A stretch of 63,968 nt of DNA, counting the filler, from Hausera hauseri (taxonomy: Eukaryota): the NCBI GenBank assembly GCA_046269625.1. It is 11 parts of 11 records of this genome, joined end to end, with 100 filler letters (N's around TTAATTAATTAA, not from the genome) between each part and the next. Parts side by side here need not be neighbours in the genome. Positions count along the whole stretch, not along the records: positions 47,539 to 53,784 come from JBJURY010120540.1; positions 53,885 to 59,803 come from JBJURY010168308.1; positions 59,904 to 63,968 come from JBJURY010784424.1; 8 more parts are not named here. The stretch is one strand, 5' to 3'. The position numbers were made by a program, and so were the translations under genes. This document shows, in pieces, positions 49,950 to 63,410 of this stretch (positions are counted from its first letter, which is position 1; each line of letters starts with the position of its first letter). The notes beneath the pieces are model-generated. The model saw only the letters and a list, made by a program, of their open reading frames with translations, was not told the origin of the DNA and searched no databases.

Positions 49950-50312
49950 CCATCTACTCGGCTTCCTAGAAGAATTTCGTACTGTTGGGAATTCCTATTC
50001 GGGTACGTCCATTTTTCAACTGCAATTTAAATTAGTATTATTTCGTATTATGTGTGCATGCCCGTTACCTTTAAATATTTTATTCTGGTTTACTTCCCTA
50101 TTACCTAAAACACCCAACATCAAATGTACAAAGAGGATGACATTTGAAATGGCCATTACTTCCTCAAACAATTTATCTAATTCTGTCGTTAATCCCTACA
50201 ACTCCGCTCTGAGTATCAATGCTTTTACTGAATACGCAGAAGTTTGTTCTATGACCGATAACATAACCGCTTATGGACTTTGTAATAATACGTTGGACAT
50301 CCTGAGACCACC
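49950..50312 (+). pseudogene. Divergent alpha-tubulin fragment
   Basis: LLGFL..SG, FTSLL, and SNSVVNPYNSALSINAFTEYAEVCSMTDNITAYGLCNNTLDILRP versus alpha-tubulin [45 protein letters not shown]. Confidence 0.75.
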
Positions 50313-50739
50313 TGGTAGCAATTTAGTAGCAACGATTAGTATAAATTTGACACAAAATAAATATAAGCGTTGTTATTTTCAGCACGCAAGCAGCGTACCA
50401 CCACAACGAATACGTCCAGCAATATTTGTAGCGAAAAGAAGAGCAGGCACAAAATTCGTTAATTTTCGCCCAACAAGTTTTAACCTAGGTGTAAAGAACC
50501 AACCACTGATTGTTGCTCCACGTTTAGATACGGCACTAAGTAACAAGGGTCATTTTCAAACCCAAAAGGAACCTGTTTGTGTTATTTCAAACTTTGAAAT
50601 GAAGACAACACATAATCAATTTATTTATTTTGACCAACAAAGCGTCAGTCCGTCACCGTTTAAAATGTTGCCCGTACTAAATACTAAAATGGTTCCAGTT
50701 GCTTTTGACGGTATTTTTAATCACCATAATACCTTTTAC

Positions 50740-53700
50740 CGCAGAAACCGCCGAGCGTGTTGCCGGACCTGGTTATGGAGGTTAGGCTGCCCGGGGATCG
50801 CCACGCCGGCGCGGTGGGGCTATGCGTCGGGCTATCGCGCCAGTGCCGTCCGAGCCCCGGGCGTGTTTACGTCACGCGCCACAATGCCCACCCGTCGCTG
50901 ATACCCCTATCTTTCCTTCCATTTTTTAATCAACTATAAAAACATACATACACACATGCAAGAACACACCACACAAAACAACATATCTATCACCACCTTG
51001 TTAACCTTTTAGGCACTTCTACCTTTTTCTTAACTTACAGCAATTTTATCATCCACAACTTTTATGATCTTCTCCTTTTCAGACAGACTTTTTTTTATTC
51101 AAATCAATTTCAAAATTATTGGCGGCATGAACTTGTTACCTTCGATCAACATTACTGAAAAACCAAAATCTATTCCGATATTACGCTGCGCCGATAAAAT
51201 CACACCTTCTGGCCTCCCTTTTGGCCACCACTGTACTGAATTCTTTATCGACAGTCAGAACTGAAGCCAAACCTGGCTTCAATTTCATTGCCTCTGGCTC
51301 CAATCTGCAAACATTACCAAATCTGTTCCAAAGGCCCATAGTCTTTTCTACTATTTACCAAATTCAATCAAAACTCGAATACCCAATCTTCTACAAATCT
51401 TCGAACATTCTAACCCTTACAAGGAGCTATACAACGCTATTCTTAGGCTTACAGAGCCTTCTTTAGATTCTGTTATCCAGCTCTACTTCAGTCATAACAC
51501 CCTAGGCAATCAAAAGCCCTCGCAATTCTTACAAATAGCTTTAAATAACTTGAAAGCACTTGGAATAAAACAAGAACACAACGCAGATATTTAAGACGTT
51601 ATTTTCTCCACGCTTTACCCTTACAAATTAGGGGTCCGTTAACCGTGGTTGAAGAGTCTTTAAACCTCAATAAATTAACTAAGTTAGCTGATAAATCATA
51701 TGAATTATTACAAATGCACACTACCCTACTTAACTCTACCACTATCACACCAAACTATACACAGCGAAACGCATTACAACAACAAATAACTCAATTAAAG
51801 GCAGACAACAAGGCGCTTTTAGAAACCATTAACAGCATAAACAATAAGTTAAGCCAACTGACTCTTTCAAGACAAAACTTCCCTGGTGCTGCCCATTCTG
51901 ATAGACCTCCACTGCGCAACAGACGATCGCCATCGCCCGTACGATTGTCTATTTGTTATTATCACCACAATTTTGTAAACAACGCACACAAATGTTGCAT
52001 TGGGTGCAAATTCTTTGCACCTAAATTTAAGTCGGGAAACAGCATCTGCATCTACCATTCTAAATTCAACACTAAGGCTATAAAATGTTTACCAGAATGC
52101 AATTTCAACTCACATGAGAATCGGCAATCTTCAACTAACAAACAAAATCAAACACAGCAAAAAAACTAATAACGCCGCTAGAGTTATTGGCTACCTCTAA
52201 AAAAGGCTGAACTTTACAAAATTACAGACGAAACACAACATATGCAGTCTTTACGTTGGAGGCAACTGTTGTTACTCCAATAAAACATAACATCAACTTC
52301 CTCATAAACACTGGAGCAGCTGTCTCTCTGCTTCCTCCTGAATATGAGGTACATAACAAAACAGACTTACACAAAAAGTTATTCACTGCATCAGGAGCAG
52401 CACTAAATACCTTTAGCACTACCAACATCACTTTTACATTACCAGGCAGCAAAATTACATACAATTGGACACTTACAGTTGCCAATGTCCAAACTCTTAT
52501 TTTGGGATCAGACTTCCTGTCCCATTACCAACTACTGGTGGATTGCAGACGATGTTGCTTGATTAACTCAAAACAATTTGAACAATCTAATCAGGTGAAT
52601 ATCATTTCGACGACCGAACGGACGATCACTGGTCGTAAACCTGCTCTTAAAAAATCACATTAATTTAAAGTATTATTATAATCATCCCTTATTTAGAGAT
52701 TACTATAATGCAATTGACAAGTATGATAATGCCAACTCTCTGATATCTTTCGCTAACGAAACCGCTCGTAACACCATTTTTAATTCCACAATATTGGACC
52801 AAATTCCACCTAGTCTTGATAGTACAACTTTTTCCCTAACTGACGCTAAGCAAATCGCAACATCAGCATCACCGTCAACCATTTTATCATCACTTCCACT
52901 GGAGTTGCAATCCTATGTATCTTCTTCTTGCACTCGTTTGTTGCAGAAAGACAAAGCTTTTAAACCAGTCATGCACACTTTTCATCATATTGCTACAGAA
53001 CACGAGAGACCCATACGACAAAAAGGACGACCATTATCCTCACATCGCAGAAAGGCAGTTGAAGCCGAATTTTCATAACTGCAACGCTCAGGCATCATTA
53101 GGAGATCTAAATCTGCATGGGCTTCGCCACTATACCTTGTCCTAAAAAACGACGGATCTTTTCGCCCATTCGGTGACTACAAGCAATTGAATCTAACCAC
53201 AACCATGGACGCCTATCTTTTGCCTCTAATCAGTGACATTTTACATAGACTCCACGGCTCCACCATTTTCTCAAACATCGATCTCCATAAGGCATACCAC
53301 TAAATCGCTGTAGCACCCGCAGACATCCCAAAAACGGCAGTAACAATTCCTTTCGGACTTTTTAAATGTCTATTTATGCCATTTGGCTTAAGCAGTGCAG
53401 CTCAAACCTTTCAGAAGCACATAGACACCGTCCTCGCAGACCTAGACTTCGCATATCCGTAAATCGGTCATATTTTAATTGCCTCTTCATCTTCTAAACA
53501 AGGTACTGAGCACCTACGCATCGTTTTCAAACGACTTCACCAAAACAATCTCCAAATAAACTTCGCAAAATGTTCATTTTTTAAACAAAAAGCAATTTCC
53601 TCGGACACATTATTACTCCAACTGGACACGCTCCACAGCAAGACCGTATCACTCAACTGAAAAACGTTCAATTACTACGGACAACTTCAGAAATGCGTTC

Positions 53701-53784
53701 CTTCCTGGGTACCTTGCATTTTGTACACGAATACGTACCACATTGTCCAACTTTAACCGCTCCATTCGCTACCTTAAGTTCTGG
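50740..53784 (+). mobile_element. CsRn1-like Ty3/gypsy element, copy 3 (UBL-gag, PR, RT)
   Basis: INFKIIGGM; LGNQKPSQFL; double CHCC; FLINTGAAVS; WASPL; MPFGL. Confidence 0.9.
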
Positions 53785-53884
53785 NNNNNNNNNNNNNNNN
53801 NNNNNNNNNNNNNNNNNNNNNNNNNNNNTTAATTAATTAANNNNNNNNNNNNNNNNNNNNNNNNNNNNNNNNNNNNNNNNNNNN

Positions 53885-56800
53885 CGCCCTTGGCTGAGTT
53901 GAAAAACTTTAAAGAAAAGATTGAAAGAAAATCCCGAAAACAAACAGCATAATTTGCCTAATAAGTTTTTGTGCGTTCAAGACGTTGTACTCCTTCGTTG
54001 TTTAGTTGTCTGCTATAGATACTGAAAATAACTCATTTGCGATGTACCTTCACCGTGGTGTCCGACCGCTGGTAGTGTTTGGCAAAAGAAACATTAGCTT
54101 TAGTATGATTGAGTGTTGTGCCTGGGGAAGGTAATATAAAGGGTGGCGAAGAAATAATTGTAGATAAATTATTTCAGTTTTCTGCTATAGTTTTGTAAGT
54201 TGATAAGCTGAGAGATGAAGTAGAAATAGGCGAAAGAATAGAAATGATGTGTGGAGCAGAAGTGATAAAATTAGTAGTAGATAAAAATGCATAAATGGAG
54301 GCAGGAATTAAATTGGTAGATGACTATGTAGGCACAGTAGCGGGAAATGCGAAATGATGTGTGGTAGACTGGGGAATTAAAATCGAAGTAGAGGTAGGCA
54401 CAGGGGTTAGGAAAGAGGATGGTGTTTCGTTTGGTTAGGTATCGTCGACGTAAAAGGCGGGTTTCTTTTCTTCTTTTCCGTCTTTGAGGATAATAGCGTT
54501 TTGCGAATGTAGCTGCACTAATTTATAGGGTACTGTACTGTGGCTGGAAACCACATGGTGTCTTATTTTTTAACCATACAAACTTTGCCAAGTATAAGTC
54601 TTCTGGTATATAAGACTTGTCATTATGTATGAGCCTGTAAAACGAATTCTTGTTGATTGTAACGAAGTAATCCTGTGCTGCTCGTATCCTTTCGTCTGTA
54701 GGAGTCTCTTCAAGAGCCGCTAGTTCAAACAGTGACTGTACAGGGGTTCCGAATAAAGCTTCCTTTGGTGAGCATCCTGTGGAAGTAGACGGGGTATTCC
54801 GCCAGCCAAGCAGAACGAACGGAAGATGAGTAGTCCAATTGGTGTTGGACTGTGCAAGAATTCTGAGTGATGTTTTTAATGTTCGATGAAAACGTTCGAA
54901 AAGCCCTTTCGATTGGGGATGATAAGGTGTTGTATGAATGTGGATTATACCCAATCGGTTGACTAGGGATATAAACATATTAGACTCGAATTGCGGACCT
55001 TGGTCTGAGATGATATAACAAGGAGACCAGAACCTACTAATCTACGTACGAATGAAAGTATCGGCTATTGTGTCAGTGTTTGTGCTCCGCAGTGGGATGG
55101 CTTCCGGCCATCGTGAGAAACGGTTCATCATGGTCAGAATAAATTGGTGACCGTTGTCTATTGGAAGAGTTCCGACGATATCAATATGTACAATTTCAAA
55201 ACGTTATGTGCAAGGGAAGCGGTATAATGGTAGCTTTAATTATTTGATGGTTTTATATTTCTGATAAGCCACGCACTATTTAACCCATGCTTGCACATCG
55301 AAGCGCATGGACGGCCAAACTACCTGAAGTTGAAGTAAGCGAAAAGTTGCCTTGGCACCAGGATGATTTAATGAATGTACACTATCAAATGCTTGTTTGT
55401 GTAAATATGGGGCAGGAATTATTTTAGAATTTTCTGGTTTGGACGTATCTAAGGCCACGCCGTCAACGATATGGTGAGACTTGAACGACTTGAGTATGTC
55501 TTGGGATGGCTGATTTTCTTGCAGTTTTTTCTAAGTAAAAATAGGCGAAAAATTGATTGAACCGACTAATCTAGATAGGAAATCGACAACTAGATTGTCA
55601 ACACTGTCAATGTGTTTAATGTCAAAGTTAAACGTGGATAAATATGAAATTTGTCTTTCTTGTCGAGTTGAAGAATGTTTCATTGCTATTATATTAATCA
55701 ACGGTTTGTGATCAGTCTGTGTAACAAAATGACGAGCTGTAAGTAAGTAAAAAATGTCTTAAAGCAAGGACTACTGCCAGAAGATCCCGGTCGAAAGTTG
55801 AATATCTAGTTTCAAGTGGCGTTAATTTTCGGGAAAAGAATTCTAGAGGCTGATTTTCGCCTTTATACAACTGGTGTAATACGGCGCCTACTGCGATGTT
55901 TGATGCATCTGTGGTCAAAATCAAATCAGCGTCAGGCTTAGGAAATGCTAGTATTTCAACAGTCTTTAGTCCTTCGCGTAGTCTATCAAACTTATTAAAC
56001 AGTTGTGGTGTCCATTGGATTTTCTGGTGTTTTTGTACTCCGCTTAAGTGTGCAAAAGTGCCGTGAGTTCTGAACAATATTGGATATATTTGCGCACGAA
56101 ATGCAAGGTACCAAGAAAACTGCGCATTTCTGTGGTTGTCTTAGGTAGTTGGACGTTTTTAAAAGTCTCAACTCGATCATGCTGAGGTGAATGGCCGCTT
56201 GAGGAGATAATATGTCCATGAAAATTAACGCATTTTTTGGAAGAAGTTACATTACGCTAAGTTGATCTGTAGGTTGAACTGATTAAATTGTTGGAAGAGA
56301 AATCGTAGGTGTTTCTCGTGTTGTTTGACAGAAGAAGAAACATCCAAGATATCGTCAGTATATGGATGCGCAAAAGGAAAGTCTGAGAGGATTGAGTCGA
56401 TGTGTCGCTGAAAAGTCTGCGCAGCATTTCGAAGACCAAAAGGCATGTACAAATACTCATAAAGACCGAAAGGTGTGGTAACTGCAGTTTTCTCGATGTC
56501 TTCCGGTGCCACAGGAATTTGGTGGTAAGCTTTGGCTAAATTAGTTGTTGAATAGACTGTAGTAGCATTGAGCCGATGTAATATGTCTTTGATTAATGGT
56601 AATGGATACGCATCCATTATGGTTAAAGTATTAAGCTGGCGGTAATCGCCACATGGTCGGAAAGATCCATATTTTTTTGGACAACGTGGAGAGGCGAAGA
56701 CCAAAGGGATTTAAATCTACGGACAATATCTGATTGTTCCATTTCAAAACATTCCATCTCTACTGCCTGCCTGCGACGCCATGACAATGGACGAACCTTT

Positions 56801-59008
56801 TGTCGATTTGGTCTTTCGTGTCATAAATGGTGGTAAATGCGATTTACAGGTGTGAGATTTCGATCTTTCTAAAGTATACGAGGACAAGAAGTATCGATGA
56901 ATTGTTGTAAAAGTAGTGGTAGTTGCTGGAATATTGGAAGTTACGATGAACTGAGGTTGCTAGCAGTAATTGGTGGATGTTGGTTGATTTTTGGTGAGGA
57001 ATCGAGTGGAATTTGATGTAAGATGGTTGTGTCTGAGACATTATTCGAGTAAGAGTTGGTGTTCAATAATTTTACGGAAGATACAAAATCGTGAGCGTCG
57101 ACACTGAGCTGTGACTGACTATCGATATTGTTTTTTGACAGCGTACGAGGTAAAACGTAATAGTTACGAGAATTAGGAAGTGGTGTTGACTGTTTTAAGA
57201 TTGATGGCCTACTTACTGTTGGATGTGCTGTCGTCGGGGGCTGCCTATTTCTGTACTATAGTCTTCAGGTGTATTTGATTTCAGAAATCGTTGGATACAA
57301 TCGACTAGCAAGTTTTAGTACGACAGGAAATCGGAGCCAGGTATTGCGGTCTGGACGTTAGCGACTGTAAACGTCCAATGAAATGGTGAGGAAATTTTTG
57401 GGAGAGTGAAAGATTATTTGCAAGTTCCGGCAATATGAAGGGGTTGACCGGAGGCGGTTTTGTTTTAAGTGAAGATTGTTGAACTGGAAAAGAAAGTGGT
57501 AGTAATGACGTCGCTGCACCGGTGTCAATGAGAAAGTCTATGGATTGAATGTTAGAAGTGGAGATAGCAGCTTTTAGTGTAAAGACTGAAAAAGAAGTGT
57601 GGCTGCAAAAATTAAGTAAGTTGCCTTTGCCAGAATCTGCCGTGAATACTGATAGCGAAATCAGTTTTTTTGGATTAATGAGTTGAGAACGTTAATGTTA
57701 GAGAAACTGAAACTTCTATCAGTGGTGTAGTTATGATTAGTTTTGTAGTGGCAGCCTGAAATACAATTCCGAGCAATTGATCCAAATTTTGCATGATAAA
57801 TGCAAACAATGTTATCTGAGTGTAGATGCGAAGAATAATATCTATAGCCTAAACAGCATTTATTTGCTTTGTTATTAAATCTGTTATGACAATAACATAA
57901 ATGGTCGCATTGGTGACATCGTTCGATTTCTTGACATAGAACGTGTTCGATGAGGTGAGGAAGCATTCCGTCGATGCGAGGAAAGGTCATTCAGTTTATC
58001 ATTAATGTTATTGATTATATGTTGTAGTGCAGAATTTTCGGTGCGTAAATGGTTTAATTGTTGTTCGATGGATGTATGTCGTTGGTTGTCGTCGGTCGTG
58101 ACTGCGGCTGATATGATGGGTTGTGGTTGTATTTGTAAAACTTCATGTGCTTTATTGGCCAATTCAGCTAGTTTATCTAAAGCTGTAGAATCCTCAACAA
58201 CAGTAAGTAAAGCCCTAATGTGAATAGTTAAAGCATTAAGAAAATATCGGTGTAGATCCGGATTGTGTTCCTTGGTGACACTTAGGGTACATAAGTGGGC
58301 CAACGAGGTGCGTAAGAAATCATTAGGCTTTTGTGTCCCCATTGCATTTTCATTAAAGAATCGTTGTATTATCGAGTCAGTCGGAGGTTCTGTTAGTTTT
58401 AATACGGCATTGAACTGTGTATAAGGGCCAGGGTGTTGAAAAATATCCAGTAAGTTATGGACTGAAGTCTTCATAGAGTTTGGTAGAAGGTAGAGTAGAT
58501 TATGGGTTTTGGTTAACGAGTCGGTGATGCCGTTGAATTGAAGCCAAAGTTGATGAAAGTGGAGCCAAATCTTACTAAAATTTTCATTGTCTGTAAAGTA
58601 TTCAGAGCAATGTGAGGGTGTAATTGTAGCCTTTCTGTGAGAAGAGCTAGTATCGGTTAAAGGAGGTAGATGGTTTGATTTTGGATAGTAGAGAATGGAT
58701 TTGGGTTTTGTGATCACCTTATCTGTGATGTCACTGGTTGGTGAAGAAATCATATCGCCGCAAATTCTAGGGTGTATGTGGATACAGAGGTAGTATTGTG
58801 AGGGCATGATGCGTGGAAGTACAGTTAAAATGTATCCATTGTGCGTCAAATAGAAGTCACTGAAGGAGGTAAATTTATGAATGAGGCCATATAATTGTAA
58901 GGTTTCGATACATTGTGTCATATGTACGGTATGTATGAATTTATTTACAAAAAGGTTGATGGGAAGTGACGGTGATAAACGACAAGATGGGTAGCGCTGT
59001 ATCTCCAT
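53885..59008 (-). mobile_element. CsRn1-like Ty3/gypsy element, copy 4 (UBL-gag, PR, RT, RH, IN)
   Basis: 374-aa ORF 57884-59008; FLIDTGAATS; RT 56252-56704; RH TTDASNIAVG..YSTFDR; IN TTPYHPQSKGLFERFHRTLK. Confidence 0.93.
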
Positions 59009-59099
59009 ATATTTTATAGGGTGGATTCTTAGTAAGTTATAACCGTGTCTTGTAATGGCATAACAGACAATTTCTTTTTTACAAAGAAGTATCTATCAC

Positions 59100-59800
59100 T
59101 GTACAGTGACTCGCGTAATACATTCCAGGATTCCGTACCTGGTTTGTAGATCGGTGGAAAATATTCACCTTTGAAATTAAATAGTACAGTCTCATCAATT
59201 AATGACGGATGTTCACGAGAAAATACGACACACTCATGAGACTCTTTAATACCGTGTCTAAACTTAATCCTGGAACTGATGGGAACAACATTCTGATGGT
59301 CAGTATCAACAGCACATAATATTAATGGTCGTATTGCAATAACTTATGGATGTGTCTATGCCTGCAAATGGTGTCTGATTCCAGAATAGTTTGGAGGGAA
59401 TCTTGGGAAAGAAGTTATAAGAAGAAAGGCAGATGGTTTTGGAGAGTTACATAGGATTATTTTTCCGCCACCCATGAATAAAAACCCAATGGACACAGAA
59501 TACGTCATATATACATCGTAATTATGCGTATTTCGTGCTCGAATTATTGGTCGAAAGGTTCGGGATACACGCAACAGCTTTAAATTACGTGCCGGATGCC
59601 ATCATGCACGCCGTTAAACAGAGGGTGGATAAAGCCCAATCATAAAAATATTGGCCAATGATCTCCAATAACTCACAATCGTTTTTGATGGATAATACTT
59701 TCTCAATATGCGAAAGAATAATAGCAAGACCATACTGATTATCCGCACCAGCATATCGCATGGCCATTACAAAACATGACCACACGAGCAACTAAAGGTA
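59100..59800 (-). pseudogene. ANAPC1: Anaphase-promoting complex subunit 1 C-terminal fragment
   Basis: CFVMAMRYAGADN, MMASGT..LKLLR, SIGFLFMGGGKIIL, FPRFP...RHHLQA..H..VIAIRP..VDTD parallel APC1 GLLFLGGGRYSL..YPHFP..RYHLQALRHLYVLA. Contains stops. Confidence 0.75.
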
Positions 59801-60099
59801 AATNNNNNNNNNNNNNNNNNNNNNNNNNNNNNNNNNNNNNNNNNNNNTTAATTAATTAANNNNNNNNNNNNNNNNNNNNNNNNNNNNNNNNNNNNNNNNN
59901 NNNGGATAATAATAATGAATACATCATAAAGGAGCTATGTATAATGCCAGTGGATAATGTGTTTCATTCACTACACTATGCATTTGCGTAAGTTAATTTT
60001 AGTACATGCAATATATGTATGCTATTTTTAGACCTTTAATACATTGTTGTACAAACAAAGCTCCTTTAATGTGGGGACCATGATGTTGTAATAAAAGTG

Positions 60100-63000
60100 A
60101 TATCTTGAGCATATGGATGCTCACCAGGTTCTCCGTGTAGATTGTGCTGCTGTGGAAGTTGGGCTTAGCGCTGAGTTTTTTTGCCCTCTTCCGGTCACAT
60201 ACCAGCTCGATGTTTATTTGGTTCCGGATGTTCTTCATAGTTTTTCCAAATACCGAGTTGTTATAGAGCTTGAATTAGTCCTTTCAAACTAATTCTTGGC
60301 ATAGGCCCTCAAATGGGTATTGAGGTCTATGTACGGATTCAGCCATTTGGTCTGACTGAAGTGCAGGGCCCGATGAATCATGATGACTCGGAGTCCTTTG
60401 GATGGCCTGCTGAAGATTTATGTAGTGGGTTACATACCTCACCATGTTTTCCAGTTGACAGAGCAGCTTCGTATGCTTACCATATGGCGGCCTCTTGCAC
60501 TCCGGGAGAAAAAACAGCTGCTCATGCCTTGTGTGGATGCTATGTGGGTATTCCACATCCATCTACAGTATGTAGCCCGTATCTCCTTTGGGATCCATAC
60601 TTTCAATATCCAGGACTTGCGGCTGCTCCGACCATTGAAAGTTTTCAAATGGCATTGGGTTGCTCACTTCCCATCCATATAGATTTTTGACATCCGGGTA
60701 TTTCATATATGAGGATACCTTGGATGGATCATACTGGGTCATATACTTTTTATTGGCCTCACTGTACCTGTGGATGGTCTGGCATATTCCACCCCTGATG
60801 CCTCTCTCAACCATGAGAACCATATTGTAATCCTTCAAGATCTGGAGCCTTATGCCGGTATAGCGCAGCATAACTGCCTAACTCATTCCTGGAGCTGTAA
60901 AATAATGGACTGGATCTAACTTATGGTTCTTAGGGGTCACATCCCGGAAGCTTTCCAAGACATCACTAAGCAACAGCACATCTGTGAGAAAATATATATC
61001 ACTGTATTCCCCTATTGTCCTGCACTGGAAGGTCTTCAATACTCTTTGGGCGTGTTCATAGTCAGCATCGCTAATATGACTGTATGACAACTGACTATAG
61101 AGGTACTCCTTGGCCGGTAATGCATCTTCATCCAGTGTTTTCTATGACGTTATATAGTCATAGGGGAATATTCCTTTCCTTTTAGCCAGGTCAAATGCAT
61201 CCGGGAAGAACCTCTTCGTCTCCTTGAGTTCTTCTGCAGGGAGATTCTTTACGAGGCTGTCCAGTGACGAGCTCATGAAGCGGAAGCCGTCTATGAATCG
61301 AAGTCTGATGCGACCCACATTCTTCGTAAAGGTGATATACTTCTCACTATTAGGGACCACATCAATGTTTTCCTCAATATTACCCAATTCTCGAACAATG
61401 AAGTGGGAATCGTATCCACTAAGATTGTGGAATACCATGGGAACATATGTACATGTTTTTCAGCGTAAGTTGCAATTGTTGCACGTTGCGCCTCGACATG
61501 CACCTGTAAAATAGCAATGATCCCTCACTTTGTGATTGTCCAATGTCAATGGCTTTCTGCATAGGTAACATATTGATGCTTTGCGCCATTCATCTTCTTT
61601 CTGCTTCGACATGCTCATATTATCCTTATGCTGCTAAAGCATGTTTTCAAGCCTATGAGCCATGTCTTCAAATCGTTTCATAAAATGTGCTACTGCATTT
61701 ACACCCTGTATAGGTAGGATTCTTTGTCCAGTCCTTTGGCATATATGCAGTATGATGGTAACTCATGATACTGGCATGCTATAGTACTGCTTTGCCGTGG
61801 ATTAGGACTGCAGCTGTGAAATGGACTGAGGATGGCCTCAAAGTCACAATATATTACAATTGGCACCTTCTGCATATTCTCGAACTCCTTGAATTCCAGG
61901 TAATCCTCCTTGGGGAATTCTACTCGGATGCAATAGTTTATATTGCAGTAGGTCTTATGCTCTTCCATATTTTCTGCGGCTGTCTCCATTGGTAAAGCAT
62001 TTTTTGCATACTTCTAGCCTTGATTTATGCTTGGATATTTGGGATCGTACGAGGTGCTCAAAATTCTTGATCCAGATGAAATGCCTCGTTTCTGCATCAT
62101 CTATCAGGAGCAGATTCCTACGATCCTACAATTCCTCCTTGCACACATGTAAGGGACAAAATTTGTCCTCCTCCAATTCGAAGAAGTTGATAGAGATGTT
62201 CACGCTTTCAAATTTCATGACTTCGTCCAGGCTGGGCGGGAATGATATACATCTGAAGTCGTATGTGTGCTGCACTTTGTCATATATGCAAATTCGGGAA
62301 GCATTATGTTGATCCTGGACTAGTTTTGACAAAATAGAATACATGAAGCACATGCTGTCCTCATTATAGCAATTGATGCATGCCTTTTTCTTAACTATCC
62401 ATTGAGGAAGGAGTATGTAAGAGCAGCCTCTCATGAGAGAATACTTGTGCACATGAATAAGTAACCCTTTTATTGTTTCTAAAGTCCAACCGTCCTTCTT
62501 GTCCTGGCTTTCTTCAGCTTCGTGAATGAGCCTTGCAAAGTTCTCTGTAATAAAATCCTTAATGTTATGGGATTTCAATAGTGGCATGTTCTTTGGCTTG
62601 TAGGCTCTATTAGACAGCTCCCCTTTAATATTGTTGAAGGTAGCTTCCAATATGAAGTTCACCTTAAGGGCCTTCAGCTTCAACAAGTTGTCCTGGAGAA
62701 TTTCTGCTGCCGCCTCCTTTAAATATTCTAGGAATTCATGGAGCGATATCTGCACTACTGCTGTTATGAAGTATCGCCCCACTTTGCTCTTCACTGCAGC
62801 TACATCAACTGGCCGCTGTCTTTGGCTTTTCGATGGAGCATCTGCTGCTAGTTCTGATATGCGTTTTACTCCTGCATCTGGCCTTGCTGATAAAATTGGC
62901 TGTACAACTGGCTCTTCTGCCAAAGCAGGATTCTGTTATTAAAGATGACCTTCTTTGATTTTGAGTTGAAGTCTGTGAAATTGGCAATACAATGTTCATA

Positions 63001-63410
63001 AACTGCATGTATTTTCCATCACATACAGCATCACATCCTGGGTAGATATAATAGATGATCCTACTGAATTTGTGTCCATAATAGCTCCTCATGGTATTGT
63101 GGTAATTCTGAGGGTTTTGTATTGCACATGTGCAATACACATATGAACTGCATATTTGATTTTCATTTAAAATCGTTATTGGCATATTTACACTGAATAT
63201 TTTTTTTTCGATTTGGTGAAGGAAATCAAGTGTTGTTTATGGACATTGTAAAAGTATTCATAATTGGTTTGGTACACTACCTCACATGTAGGGCATATGT
63301 AATACTGAATCATGTTGTATAGATGGCCAAAGTACTTCTTCATAATACTGTGGCAATTTTCATGCTCATGGATTTGAGCCAAACATTTGCTGTAAAGTTT
63401 GCACGTCTAA
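60100..63410 (-). pseudogene. pPolB copy C (same family as copies A and B), 3'-truncated
   Basis: [60 protein letters not shown]. Similarity ends near 60100. Confidence 0.92.

Noticed and set aside
50313-50321. TGGTAGCA as a tRNA primer-binding site (also ATTGACCCC near 16985)
   Set aside because: Matches are too short or degenerate, and no LTR is identifiable immediately upstream.
49837-50901. 354-aa ORF as a single novel gene
   Set aside because: Read-through of a tubulin remnant, a probable intron and the GC-rich retroelement leader; no coherent protein.
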